Below are positions 8,910 through 18,490 of a stretch of 64,000 nt of DNA, in pieces (within the stretch, counting starts at the first letter, position 1; each line of letters starts with the position of its first letter). A program made the translations under genes and the position numbers. The notes below the pieces were generated by a model. It made no database searches, was not told the origin of the DNA, and worked only from the letters and a program-made list of their open reading frames with translations. This DNA comes from Geminicoccus sp. GTDB taxonomy: Bacteria; Pseudomonadota; Alphaproteobacteria; UBA7985. The stretch lies in the NCBI GenBank assembly GCA_002708995.1, contig PAPT01000042.1, forward strand, positions 24,039-88,038, read 5' to 3'.

Positions 8910-9812
8910 TCAGGGCAGGCCCAAACCGCGCCACGCGGTGACGATGGCGTAATATTCTTCGCGTGATATTTCGACCTCGAGCGCGCGGTTCGCTTCGGCG
9001 ATGCGCTCGACCCGCTGGGTGCCGATGATCGGCACAATTCCGGGGTGTGAGACCATGGTGAACGCCAGTGCAGCCGCGCCCCGGTCGACCCCGTTGCGGT
9101 CTGCTACGGCATCCAGCGCGGCGGCAACCCGCCCCGTTTGCGAGTCTTCGCTGGCGTCCTGGGTCATCAGCGCGCCCCCACCCAGCGGCGACCAGGCGAT
9201 CAGGGTGGCGCTGTATTCCTGGCACTGGTCCAGCGTGCCGTCCCAGACCGGATCCTGCCGCACCGGCGAAAATTCGACCTGATTGGCGACTAGCGGCCGG
9301 GGCAGCATCGACTGCAGCGCCGAGAACATGCTCGGGGTGTAGTTGGAGACGGCGATTTCCCGGACTTTGCCTGCTTCGACCAGTCGCATCAGCCCTTCGG
9401 CAACGTCGGCGTGGGGAGTCAGCATGTCCGGACGGTGGATGTAGTAAAGGTCAATGACGTCGGTGTTGAGGCGGCGCAGCGAGTCTTCGCAGGTCAGCAC
9501 GATGGTATCGGGGCGACAGTCGTAGGGCGTAGGCGGGTAGATTCCGGCCTTGGTCGCCAGCACCATCTCTTTGCGCATGCTGGGGTCGGCCTTGATCACG
9601 TCGCCCAGCAGCTCCTCGGCCTTGCCGAAATCGGGGTAACCGTAGATGGAGGCGGTGTCGATCATTGTCATGCCGGCGTCGAGTGCAGCCCGCGTCTTGG
9701 TGGCCGCTTCGGTGGCGTTGCCCTTAGATAGGCGCCAATGGCCGTAGGAAATCGGGCCGACACTGAGTTCGCTGGTGCCCAGCAGTCGTTGGTTGGCAAG
9801 AGGTTTCAGCAC
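8910..9812 (-). CDS. Aldo/keto reductase (YdhF-like)
   Basis: IDTASIYG, LATKAGI, DLYYIHRPD, VSNY, ANQVEFS, AWSPLGGG; likely GTG start at 9812 with GGAG RBS. Confidence 0.92.
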   Translation of the reverse strand: MLKPLANQRLLGTSELSVGPISYGHWRLSKGNATEAATKTRAALDAGMTMIDTASIYGYPDFGKAEELLGDVIKADPSMRKEMVLATKAGIYPPTPYDCRPDTIVLTCEDSLRRLNTDVIDLYYIHRPDMLTPHADVAEGLMRLVEAGKVREIAVSNYTPSMFSALQSMLPRPLVANQVEFSPVRQDPVWDGTLDQCQEYSATLIAWSPLGGGALMTQDASEDSQTGRVAAALDAVADRNGVDRGAAALAFTMVSHPGIVPIIGTQRVERIAEANRALEVEISREEYYAIVTAWRGLGLP

Positions 9813-9922
9813 GGTCGTTCTCCGGGATTGATTGGCCTTGCGCGACAACCTACAGGCTCCCAAACCGAATAAAAGGGCAAACTAAGGGCGCTGGATGCAA
9901 AAACGCAGGCGCGGGGCGGTGG

Positions 9923-11251
9923 TCAGTCTTCCGGCCGCCCCAGCGAGCGGTAGTCCCACCCGGCGGCTTTCATCGAAGCCGGGTCGAAGACATTGCGCAG
10001 GTCTACCATTGCGGGCTGTGCCAGCCGCTTGCGGACGGCGTCGAGGTCAGCGCTGACAAACTCCGGCCAGTGCGTGACCAGACACAGCACGTCTGCGCCG
10101 TCGGCGGCTTCCAGCGCGGAAGCGGCATAGCTCAGCCCGTCGAACAGTGCTTCGGCGCCGGCCATGCCTTGCGGGTCGTAGGCACGGACCTTGATCCTTG
10201 CCTGCTGCAGCATCGGGATGATGGCGATGCTGGGGCTGTCGCGCAGGTCATCAGTGTCGGGCTTGAAGGTCAGCCCCCATATCGCGGCGGTCTTGCCGCG
10301 TGCCTGGTCCATACCACCCAGCGCATCGATGACTTTGGTTGCCATTTCCCGCTTGCGGGCCTCGTTGACGTCGATCACGGCCTCGAGGATGCGCACCGGT
10401 GAGCCTTCGACCTGCGCCGTATCCACCAGCGCCAGCGTGTCTTTCGGAAAACACGAGCCGCCGTAGCCCGGACCGGTCGCCAGAAACGCTGAGCCGATGC
10501 GCTGGTCCAGCCCGATGCCGTGCGCGACGTCTTCGACGTTGGCACCCACCCGCTCGCACAGGCTGGCGACCTCGTTGATGAAGGTGATCTTGGTGGCGAG
10601 GAAGGCGTTGGCGGCGTACTTGATCATCTCGGCACTGGCGGCTGAGACTTCGACATAGGCGACGCCTTCGTCGATAAAGCGCTGGTTCAGTCGACGCAGC
10701 GCTTCAGCGGCAACGCCGTCGCGCGGGCCGACGACGATGCGGTCGGGTTGCATGAAGTCGTCGATGGCCGCGCCTTCGCGCAGGAATTCCGGGTTTGAGG
10801 CTAGATGGATGCTGGCCGTGCCAGTGTTCGCGCCGCTGGCGTCCAGTCGCGCCTGCAGCCGGTCGTTCGTCCCGATGGGAACGGTGGATTTGACCACCAC
10901 GCTCAGCGGACCCGAGCGCCGAGCGGCGAGGATGGCGTCAAAGGCGGCATCGACGAATTTGGTGTTGGCGCGCCTGCTGTCCGCCTCGGTTGGCGTTCCC
11001 ACGGCGATCAGCGCCAGCTCGGCTCCGTTCAGCGCGTCATCGTAGTCAGTGGTAAAGCGCAGACGCCCGGCGGCAACAGCCTCCTGCACCAACCCATCCA
11101 GCCCAGGCTCGTAGATCGGCAGCTGGCCATCCTGCAGCCCGGCAACCTTGACCGCGTCGATGTCCAGACAGACCACGGAATGACCAAGGCTGGCGTAGCA
11201 GACGCCTGTGACCAACCCGACGTAGCCGGTTCCGATTGCAACGATATTCAT
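9923..11251 (-). CDS. ugd: UDP-glucose 6-dehydrogenase
   Basis: GTGYVG, IAVGTP, KSTVPIG, SNPEFLREG, GYGGSCFPKD, GLTFKPDTDDLRDSP. Confidence 0.96.
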   Translation of the reverse strand: MNIVAIGTGYVGLVTGVCYASLGHSVVCLDIDAVKVAGLQDGQLPIYEPGLDGLVQEAVAAGRLRFTTDYDDALNGAELALIAVGTPTEADSRRANTKFVDAAFDAILAARRSGPLSVVVKSTVPIGTNDRLQARLDASGANTGTASIHLASNPEFLREGAAIDDFMQPDRIVVGPRDGVAAEALRRLNQRFIDEGVAYVEVSAASAEMIKYAANAFLATKITFINEVASLCERVGANVEDVAHGIGLDQRIGSAFLATGPGYGGSCFPKDTLALVDTAQVEGSPVRILEAVIDVNEARKREMATKVIDALGGMDQARGKTAAIWGLTFKPDTDDLRDSPSIAIIPMLQQARIKVRAYDPQGMAGAEALFDGLSYAASALEAADGADVLCLVTHWPEFVSADLDAVRKRLAQPAMVDLRNVFDPASMKAAGWDYRSLGRPED

Positions 11252-11410
11252 GGCTCACCCTTGCCAAAGCCCCCCAATGCTTCTGTAAATGGCCAGGGCC
11301 TCGGGATCATTCAACCCGCCGCAACGGCGTCTGGCGCTGACCAGCGTCCCGTTCCGGCAGGTGGCGTGCCGCAGACAGGCCGCGGAGACAGGCCAAGGAC
11401 AGACAAGGCT

Positions 11411-12085
11411 TTGCACGACGATCACAGACCCTATCACGCCGTTTACCGGCCGCCCTATCCGGGGCTGGACTACCGCGCTGCACGGCCCTTTGCGCGCTGG
11501 GCGGGGCCGCACCTGCTCGCCTCCATGCGGGAATGGCTGGGGCAGAACCCGCCACGGCTGGAGCTGGCAACCCTCGCGCTGGAGGAACTGCGCCAACGTA
11601 GCAAGGGCGAGGCAGCAGCTGCGCCAGGAACGGCCAGCCCGTTGCAGGCTGATATGACCTTTTCCGACAGCGGGCTGGAACCCATCATCTGGCTGCAGCC
11701 TGCCCGGATGGCGCTGGCGCGGGCCTTTCCTGCAGACTGGCCGGGGTGGTCGGCAGCAGGACGGCGCGGCGGCACGGTCTACGCCATTCTCCGCGATGGC
11801 TATGTAGCCCCTTCCGGGCGCTATTCCAGCGCTTATGGCGTCTACGTGGGTTCGACGACTAAGCCGCTCGAAAAGCGCTTTATCGAGCACCGGCACTCCT
11901 CGCGCGCCGGGCGCGGGATGCAGGCGCACGGGATCGAACCGCTGTTCAGCCTGTGCCTGCCGCTGACCAAGGCTCCACGCCGGCGCAGCGACCTGCGCGG
12001 CTGGGAAACCCGGCTGCACCACGCGCTTGCGACGGTGGTGCCCCGGGTCAGTGGCGACACGGTGGACGAGGCACCGGCGCCCTAG
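11411..12085 (+). CDS. Hypothetical protein with C-terminal GIY-YIG-like domain (start uncertain)
   Basis: TVYAIL...GVYVGSTT..LEKRFIEH...WETRL pattern. TTG 11411 is in frame with track ORF 10805..12085, whose 5' part overlaps ugd. Confidence 0.65.
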   Translation: MHDDHRPYHAVYRPPYPGLDYRAARPFARWAGPHLLASMREWLGQNPPRLELATLALEELRQRSKGEAAAAPGTASPLQADMTFSDSGLEPIIWLQPARMALARAFPADWPGWSAAGRRGGTVYAILRDGYVAPSGRYSSAYGVYVGSTTKPLEKRFIEHRHSSRAGRGMQAHGIEPLFSLCLPLTKAPRRRSDLRGWETRLHHALATVVPRVSGDTVDEAPAP

Positions 12086-12240
12086 CCCCGGCGAAGGCTG
12101 CGTGTTCGGCGGTCGGGCAGGCTGCACGGCGGTGGTACGAGGCCGCCGCGCTGTGCTACCACTTCGACATCGAATAATGACTGGAGCCTGACCGCCGCGT
12201 TCCGATACCGCGCCCGGTCAGCGACCTAGAGACCTGAACC

Positions 12241-14856
12241 ATGTCTGAAACTGCCCCATGGCCCCTACAGGAGCGCCTCGCGCGTGCTGAAGCCAGCGCC
12301 GACGCTGACGGTGACGGCTCGCTGCGGGCCAGCATGCTGGCCGAGAAACAGGCGCAGCAGCGGCGGTATATCGCCGAAGATGGTGCGCAGGCCCCGGTGG
12401 CTCAGCTGGGCCGAGACTGGTCGGCCTACGCCGACGCCAGCCTCGATTCTGCGCTGGCCGCAGCCTGGCGCAGCACCCGGCAGGCCGCGTCCCACGTTCC
12501 CGCCGACCTTGACCCCGCGGCCCCGGTGCCGGGGCTGTTCATCCTCGGGCTGGGCAAGCTCGGCGGCGGTGATCTGAATTTTTCCAGCGATGTCGATCTG
12601 GTGGCCTTCTACGACGCTGACATGGTGCCTGTGCCGGCTTTCGTCGGGCGAACAGATATCACCGCGCGGGTGCTGCGGACCCTCAACCAGACCGTCGACG
12701 GGCATGGTTCGGGTCGGTTCGTCTGGCGCACCGACTGGCGGCTGCGGCCTGACCCGTCAGTGAATGACCTGTCAATGTCGACCGATGCCGCTGAGGACTA
12801 CCACTTTTACCGGGCGGCACCGTGGCGGCGGCTGGCGATGATCAAGGCACGCGTGGTTGCGGGCGACCGGGCGGCGGGTGAGACGCTGCTCGCGAGCCTG
12901 CATCCCTACCTCTGGCGGCGGCACCTTGATTTCTCGATGATCGAGGAGGTCGCCCACCTCAAGACCCGCATCCGCGCCGAACACCCCGACCTCGCCAATG
13001 AACGCCGGCACGAGACCCCGCTCGAGCAGACCGCTGGTTTCAACCTCAAGCTCGGGCGCGGGGGCATCCGGGATATCGAATTCTTCGTCAACGCCCAGCA
13101 GTTGCTCTGGGGTGGCAGGCATCCGCACCTGCAGACGCCCGTGACCATGGACGCGCTGCAGGGGCTGGCCGACGAAGGCATCATCGACGCCGATCTCGCC
13201 GGATGCCTCAGGCGCAGTTATTGCCTGCTCCGGGGACTGGAAAACCGGATGCAGTATTGGGCCGACGCCCACACACACTTTGTTCCCACCGACCCCGAAC
13301 AGCAGGCCTGGCTGGCCGAGCGCAGCGGATTTGACAGCTGGCCGATGCTCGCCGACGCGCTGGTCGAGACCCGGCGCTTTATCGACGACAGCGTCTCCGG
13401 CCTGTTCGCCAAATTCGAGCGCCCGCAAGTGCAGGCCGCTACCATCACGGCTGAGCCCGCCTGTGCTGGCCAATCAACCGATGAGCAGGACCCCGATGCG
13501 CTGCTGACTGACCAGCGCCTGTACACCTGGCGCGCTGAAGCCGGGGCAGGCGCAGCCCCGGACAAAATCCTGAAACTGGCGCAGGAAAGCGACGATCCGG
13601 CCGCCTCTATCGCGCAGGTCGACGACCTGTTCCGACAGCTGGGAAACCGAGGGCAGTATCTCAAGCTGCTGAGCCAAGACCCCAAGCTGTTCGATGCCGT
13701 GCTGCCACCGCTGTTCCACGCCCCGGCGATGGCATCGCTGTTGCACCAGTCCGCGCACGTGGTCGACGGCCTGCTCGGGCGGGCGGGGGCGCTGCCGCGC
13801 ATGCCGGAACTCGATCAGGGGCGGGCGATGACGGCCGCCGCTGGTTCCTATGAGGGCAAACTCGAAGCGGCCCGTGCGTGGGTGAACGAACAGCTCTATC
13901 TCGCCTATCTGTCCGTGTTCAGCGGGGCCGCCACCACGCAGGACGCCGAAGGCCACCTGACTGCACTGGCCGAGGCGGCGCTGACGCTGGTTGCCGAGAC
14001 GGTCACCGGGGAAATGGGGCTGGATCACTTCCCGCTGTGCGTGCTCGGGCTGGGCAAGCTGGGCATGAACGCCATGGCGCCGCACTCTGATCTCGATCTG
14101 ATTTTCGTGGTTGAAGAAGGCTGGTCGCTGGAGGAGGCCAACGCCGTCGCCGCCCGCTTCAACACGGCCTTCAACGCCCAGATGCGCGAAGGACGGGTGT
14201 GGGAGCTCGATACACGGCTGCGGCCGTCGGGGCGCTCAGGGCCGCCGACGATTTCGCTGGCCTCGTTCGAGAGCCATCACGTGCAGGGTGCCAAGACGTG
14301 GGAGCACCTCGCGCAGGTGCCGATGCGGCCGCTGTCCGGCTCCCCGGACCTGCAGGAGCGGGTCCGCGCGGTGCGCGACGCTATCCTGCGCCGCCCCCGT
14401 GACCCGGATCAGCTGACGGCGGATGCCTACCGCATGCTGCTGCGGCTCCGGGATCAGCGGATCTATGACCGCCCCGACGCGCTGGGCGAGGTCAAGCTGC
14501 GTCCCGGCGGTCTGATGGAACTGGAATATCTGCTGGCGGTGCTGACCCTGCGATACGGGGCGCGGCTCCCGCTCGACCAGAGCCCCGCGCACGATGATCT
14601 GATTGCGCTCTGGGCCGCAGAGGACGCCGGCCTGCAGCCGCTGGTCGCGGACTTGCGCCGGTTGCGGGACTGGTTCTTCGCCGGGCGCCTGCTCGGACTG
14701 CATTGGTTCGAGCAACAGGGGGTCACGCCCGCAGAAATCAGCGCCCTGACCGAGCGCGTGCGAGCGCAGGTACAGGCCCACATCGACGACCCGGCGCAGG
14801 CGCTGGGTTACGACTGGGTCGAGTATCAGGAAGAGCCGGTAAAATGGCAGGATTGA
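12241..14856 (+). CDS. glnE: Glutamine synthetase adenylyltransferase/deadenylase
   Basis: Two nucleotidyltransferase domains: GLGKLGGGDLNFSSDVDL..DWRLRPDP and GLGKLG..HSDLDL..DTRLRPSG; NLKLGRGGIRDIEF. Confidence 0.93.
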   Translation: MSETAPWPLQERLARAEASADADGDGSLRASMLAEKQAQQRRYIAEDGAQAPVAQLGRDWSAYADASLDSALAAAWRSTRQAASHVPADLDPAAPVPGLFILGLGKLGGGDLNFSSDVDLVAFYDADMVPVPAFVGRTDITARVLRTLNQTVDGHGSGRFVWRTDWRLRPDPSVNDLSMSTDAAEDYHFYRAAPWRRLAMIKARVVAGDRAAGETLLASLHPYLWRRHLDFSMIEEVAHLKTRIRAEHPDLANERRHETPLEQTAGFNLKLGRGGIRDIEFFVNAQQLLWGGRHPHLQTPVTMDALQGLADEGIIDADLAGCLRRSYCLLRGLENRMQYWADAHTHFVPTDPEQQAWLAERSGFDSWPMLADALVETRRFIDDSVSGLFAKFERPQVQAATITAEPACAGQSTDEQDPDALLTDQRLYTWRAEAGAGAAPDKILKLAQESDDPAASIAQVDDLFRQLGNRGQYLKLLSQDPKLFDAVLPPLFHAPAMASLLHQSAHVVDGLLGRAGALPRMPELDQGRAMTAAAGSYEGKLEAARAWVNEQLYLAYLSVFSGAATTQDAEGHLTALAEAALTLVAETVTGEMGLDHFPLCVLGLGKLGMNAMAPHSDLDLIFVVEEGWSLEEANAVAARFNTAFNAQMREGRVWELDTRLRPSGRSGPPTISLASFESHHVQGAKTWEHLAQVPMRPLSGSPDLQERVRAVRDAILRRPRDPDQLTADAYRMLLRLRDQRIYDRPDALGEVKLRPGGLMELEYLLAVLTLRYGARLPLDQSPAHDDLIALWAAEDAGLQPLVADLRRLRDWFFAGRLLGLHWFEQQGVTPAEISALTERVRAQVQAHIDDPAQALGYDWVEYQEEPVKWQD

Positions 14857-14931
14857 CGGTAAAGGTCGGACGCGGGACGGGCGAGCCTGAGCGAACCCAA
14901 GCTGCCCGCCGCCGTCGGTGCCGGATCAGGA

Positions 14932-16047
14932 TCAGGCCAGGGCTTCACTCAGCGGGGTGAAGGGGAGGTTCTGGGCCTGTGCGACCGGCTCGTTGGTGAT
15001 CTTGCCGTCCCAGGCGTTCAGCCCCATCGCCAGGTGGCCATCATCGCGCAGCGCCTGCTTCCAGCCCTTATCGGCCAGCGCCAGCCCGAAGGGCAGGGTG
15101 GCATTGTTTAGCGCGTAGGCTGAAGTACGGGCATAGGCCCCGGGCATGTTGGCAACGCAGTAGTGAACGACGCCGTCGACTTCGTAGATCGGGTCATCGT
15201 GGGTGGTCGGCTTCGAGGTCTCGAAGCAGCCACCCTGGTCGATGGCCACGTCGACGACGACGCTGCCCGGCTTCATGGATTTGATTATCTCCGAAGTCAC
15301 CAACTTCGGCGCATTGGCGCCTGGGATGAGCACGGCGCCGATCACGAGATCAGCTTCTGCAACTGCCTGACTCAGGGCGGCAGAATTGGAGAAGAGAGCA
15401 CGCGCCTTTGCGCCGAAGTGGTGATTTATGCGCTCGAGGGTGAACAGATTTCGATCGAAGATGGTGACGTTGGCCTGCAGGCCTACGGCCATTTCAGCAG
15501 CGTTGAAGCCGACCACACCGCCGCCGATCACCACGACATTCGCCGGCGCGACGCCGGGCACGCCGCTGACCAGAATGCCGGCACCGTTGGTGGCCTTCTG
15601 CAGGTAGTGCGCCCCGGCGAGGACGGACATGCGCCCGGCAACCTCGGACATCGTCTTGAGCAGGGGCAGGCCGCCACCCGCCGCCGTAACGGTTTCGTAA
15701 GCGATGCAGGTTGCGCCGGACTTGACCAGATCTTCGGTCTGTTCGGGGTCCGGGGCGAGGTGGAGGTAGGTGTAGAGCAGTTGATGCGGGCGCAGCATGG
15801 CGCGCTCGACAGCCTGTGGTTCTTTGACCTTGACGATCATCTCGGCGGTCTCAAACACCTCGGCTGCGGTGGCGAGGATTTTGGCCCCCGCGTCCACGTA
15901 GTCCTGATCGGCGGCACCAACCCCGTGACCGGCAGCGGTTTCAACCACCACTTCGTGACCGTGGCTGACGAATTCGCGCACGCTGTCGGGGGTCAGGCCG
16001 ACCCGATATTCACGGTTCTTGATTTCCTTTGGAACGCCGACGCGCAT
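14932..16047 (-). CDS. ald: Alanine dehydrogenase
   Basis: MRVGVPKEIK, TYLHLA, MSEVAGRM, DVAIDQGGC, HYCVANMPGA. Confidence 0.97.
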   Translation of the reverse strand: MRVGVPKEIKNREYRVGLTPDSVREFVSHGHEVVVETAAGHGVGAADQDYVDAGAKILATAAEVFETAEMIVKVKEPQAVERAMLRPHQLLYTYLHLAPDPEQTEDLVKSGATCIAYETVTAAGGGLPLLKTMSEVAGRMSVLAGAHYLQKATNGAGILVSGVPGVAPANVVVIGGGVVGFNAAEMAVGLQANVTIFDRNLFTLERINHHFGAKARALFSNSAALSQAVAEADLVIGAVLIPGANAPKLVTSEIIKSMKPGSVVVDVAIDQGGCFETSKPTTHDDPIYEVDGVVHYCVANMPGAYARTSAYALNNATLPFGLALADKGWKQALRDDGHLAMGLNAWDGKITNEPVAQAQNLPFTPLSEALA

Positions 16048-16283
16048 ACCGCCTCCTCATCTGACTGGCCGGTTAATATTCAGTACGATATCCGCCATAA
16101 ACCGAAAAGCGGTCCTAAAAAATCCTGTAAACGACGAAAATACGGGATTTCAGCCCGAATTATATCGCGACTCTAACTCTTCAGCATGGGGTTCCGAGTC
16201 TCTCTCAGGCGGCGTTCCAACCCCCGGTTCGCAGGGCCGCCATACCTCGACAGCCCCGGCAAAGGGTGTTTGTCTCCGGGATC

Positions 16284-17141
16284 ATGACTGAATTTATGCC
16301 CCGTTCGGCCCTGTACATGCCGGCCAACAATCCGCGCGCGCTGGCCAAGGCGCCGTCGCTGCCCTGCGACGCCGTTATCCTCGACCTCGAAGATTCCGTA
16401 GCGCCAACGGAAAAGGCAGCCGCCCGGCAGGCTGCTGCGGCGGCGATGGCCGACCCACAGATGCGCCAGCGGCCCCTGATCCTGCGCACCAACGCCCTCG
16501 ACAGTCCCGCGTTCGAAGCCGACATCGCTGTCGCGCGGCAGGCCGACGCCGTGCTAGTGCCGAAGATTTCCACCCTGCACGAGCTTGCTGCCTTATCTGC
16601 CGCGCTCCAAGGCTGCCCGGCGCGGCTGTGGGTGATGATCGAGACCCCGCTGGCCGTGCTCGACATCGCCGCGCTGGCGCGCGGTGGTGCCGATGCGGCG
16701 CCGCAGCTGCAGGCCTTCGTGCTCGGCACCAACGATCTCGCAAAGGACACCGGCACTGCGCTGGTCGCCGATCGCTGGACCATGGTGCCCTATCTCTCGC
16801 AGGTGGTGCTGGCGGCCTCTGCCTTCGGCCTGTCGGTGCTCGACAGCGTTTCCAATAATTTCCGCGACCTCGATACGTTCGCCGCCGAGTGCGCGCAGGG
16901 GGCGGCGTTGGGGATGGACGGCAAAACCCTGATCCACCCCGCCCAGATCGAGGCCTGCAACCACGCTTTCAGCCCCTCGGCCGAGGCACTCGCCCACGCG
17001 CAGGCGGTGGTCGAGTTGTTCGCCCGGCCCGAGAACGCCGACCGGGGCGCCGTGCAGCTCGACGGGGTGATGGTCGAGCGCCTGCATCTTCCGGGTGCAG
17101 AACAAACTCTGGCGCGCGCCCGTGCTTTCGGGTTGATATGA
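16284..17141 (+). CDS. CitE/HpcH family CoA-ester lyase
   Basis: PRSALYMP, ILDLEDSV, MIETP, GTNDL, DGKTLIHP. Confidence 0.9.
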   Translation: MTEFMPRSALYMPANNPRALAKAPSLPCDAVILDLEDSVAPTEKAAARQAAAAAMADPQMRQRPLILRTNALDSPAFEADIAVARQADAVLVPKISTLHELAALSAALQGCPARLWVMIETPLAVLDIAALARGGADAAPQLQAFVLGTNDLAKDTGTALVADRWTMVPYLSQVVLAASAFGLSVLDSVSNNFRDLDTFAAECAQGAALGMDGKTLIHPAQIEACNHAFSPSAEALAHAQAVVELFARPENADRGAVQLDGVMVERLHLPGAEQTLARARAFGLI

Positions 17142-17200
17142 CGTGGCAACAGCGCCGAGGCCGCCGTCGGCCGGTGCGCTTGGTGGGAGCACCGTAAGTT

Positions 17201-18466
17201 ATGTTCAGTGCCTATCGACGCTTGCCTGTCGGCGTGCTGGTGCTCTCGCTCTGTATGGGGCTGGGGTCATCGGCCGCGACCATCGTGGTTTCTGTCTCGT
17301 CGCTGGCGGGCAATGAGGTTGCGCCGGACCCCAAGCTGGCGACGCTGCCCTACGGCCTGCAATTTATCGCCATGCTGAGTTCAGCGGTTCCCCTGACGAC
17401 GCTTATGGGGCGGATCGGGCGCAAGCCGGTGACGCTGATGACCACGCTGTTAGGCGGTGTCGGATCGGGGCTAGTTTCGGCCTCGGCCATGTGGCTGGAC
17501 AGCTTCGTGCTGCTCTGTCTGGGGCATATGCTAATGGGGATTTTCCTAGGCGGGCTGGGGTTCCTACGGTTCGAAGCCATCGACCGCTCCCCCGGTGACT
17601 TGCGCGATCAGGCGATTTCGCTGGCCATGTTCGGCGGGGTGCTCGCGGGTCTGATTGGCCCCAGCCTGACCCGGTCTGCGGGGATCGTCTTTCCCTTCGA
17701 GGGGTATACCTCGGCGTTTCTGATGTTCTCGGCGGTGACAGGGACAGTGGTGCTGATGCTGCTGGCGCTGCCCTTTCCCAAGGATGCCGACACCATCCGC
17801 GCAGCGCAGGCCAAACGCGCCGAGCAGGCCGCGGCGAGGGCCAGCGGCCAGAGCGCCAAATTCGTCGTCCTTTCAAACCCGAAGTTCTGGTTCGCCGTCC
17901 TGTGCGGGGGGCTGGCCTACGGTCTGATGAACCTGCTGATGATCGCGACATCGCTGGAGATGCGCAACGTCGGGCACAGCTTCGAGGCCAGCACCTACGT
18001 CATTCAGGGTCACGTGCTCGCCATGTTCGGGCCGTCGCTGATCTCCGGGTTGCTGATCCGCTGGGTTCGCCGGGACCGGTTCGTCGCGCTGGGCATGATC
18101 CTGATGGCGCTGGCGGCGCTGACAGCGCTCATGGCCCCGGCGCTTTGGGCCTTTATCACCGCCCTGATCCTGGTTGGATTGGCGTGGAATTTCCTGTTCA
18201 TCAGCAGCGGCAGCATGGTCGCCTCGCTCGCCTCACCGGGGGAGAAGCTGCGGGCGCAGGGGATCAACGACATGCTGGGGTCGAGTTTCTCGGCGGCCGG
18301 GTCGCTGTCGGCGGCCGTGGTGCTGGTGATTTTCGGCTGGTCCGGGCTGCAGATCGTCGCGCTGATCCTGCTGGTGCCGCTGATCGTCTTTGGTGTGCTG
18401 GTCCGCTTCGGTGGCACCGGGCTGAGCCCGCAGGCTGGTCAGACCAGCCCCTGCGACCCTATATAA
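17201..18466 (+). CDS. MFS transporter
   Basis: About 12 hydrophobic helices, MGRIGRK loop, HVLAMFGPS motif. Confidence 0.88.
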   Translation: MFSAYRRLPVGVLVLSLCMGLGSSAATIVVSVSSLAGNEVAPDPKLATLPYGLQFIAMLSSAVPLTTLMGRIGRKPVTLMTTLLGGVGSGLVSASAMWLDSFVLLCLGHMLMGIFLGGLGFLRFEAIDRSPGDLRDQAISLAMFGGVLAGLIGPSLTRSAGIVFPFEGYTSAFLMFSAVTGTVVLMLLALPFPKDADTIRAAQAKRAEQAAARASGQSAKFVVLSNPKFWFAVLCGGLAYGLMNLLMIATSLEMRNVGHSFEASTYVIQGHVLAMFGPSLISGLLIRWVRRDRFVALGMILMALAALTALMAPALWAFITALILVGLAWNFLFISSGSMVASLASPGEKLRAQGINDMLGSSFSAAGSLSAAVVLVIFGWSGLQIVALILLVPLIVFGVLVRFGGTGLSPQAGQTSPCDPI

Positions 18467-18490
18467 AAGGTCTGATAGGGGAGCACGTGA

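Noticed and set aside
10805-11410. 5' extension of the 426-aa track ORF
   Set aside because: It overlaps ugd on the opposite strand and its promoter region; only the part from ~11411 looks protein-like.
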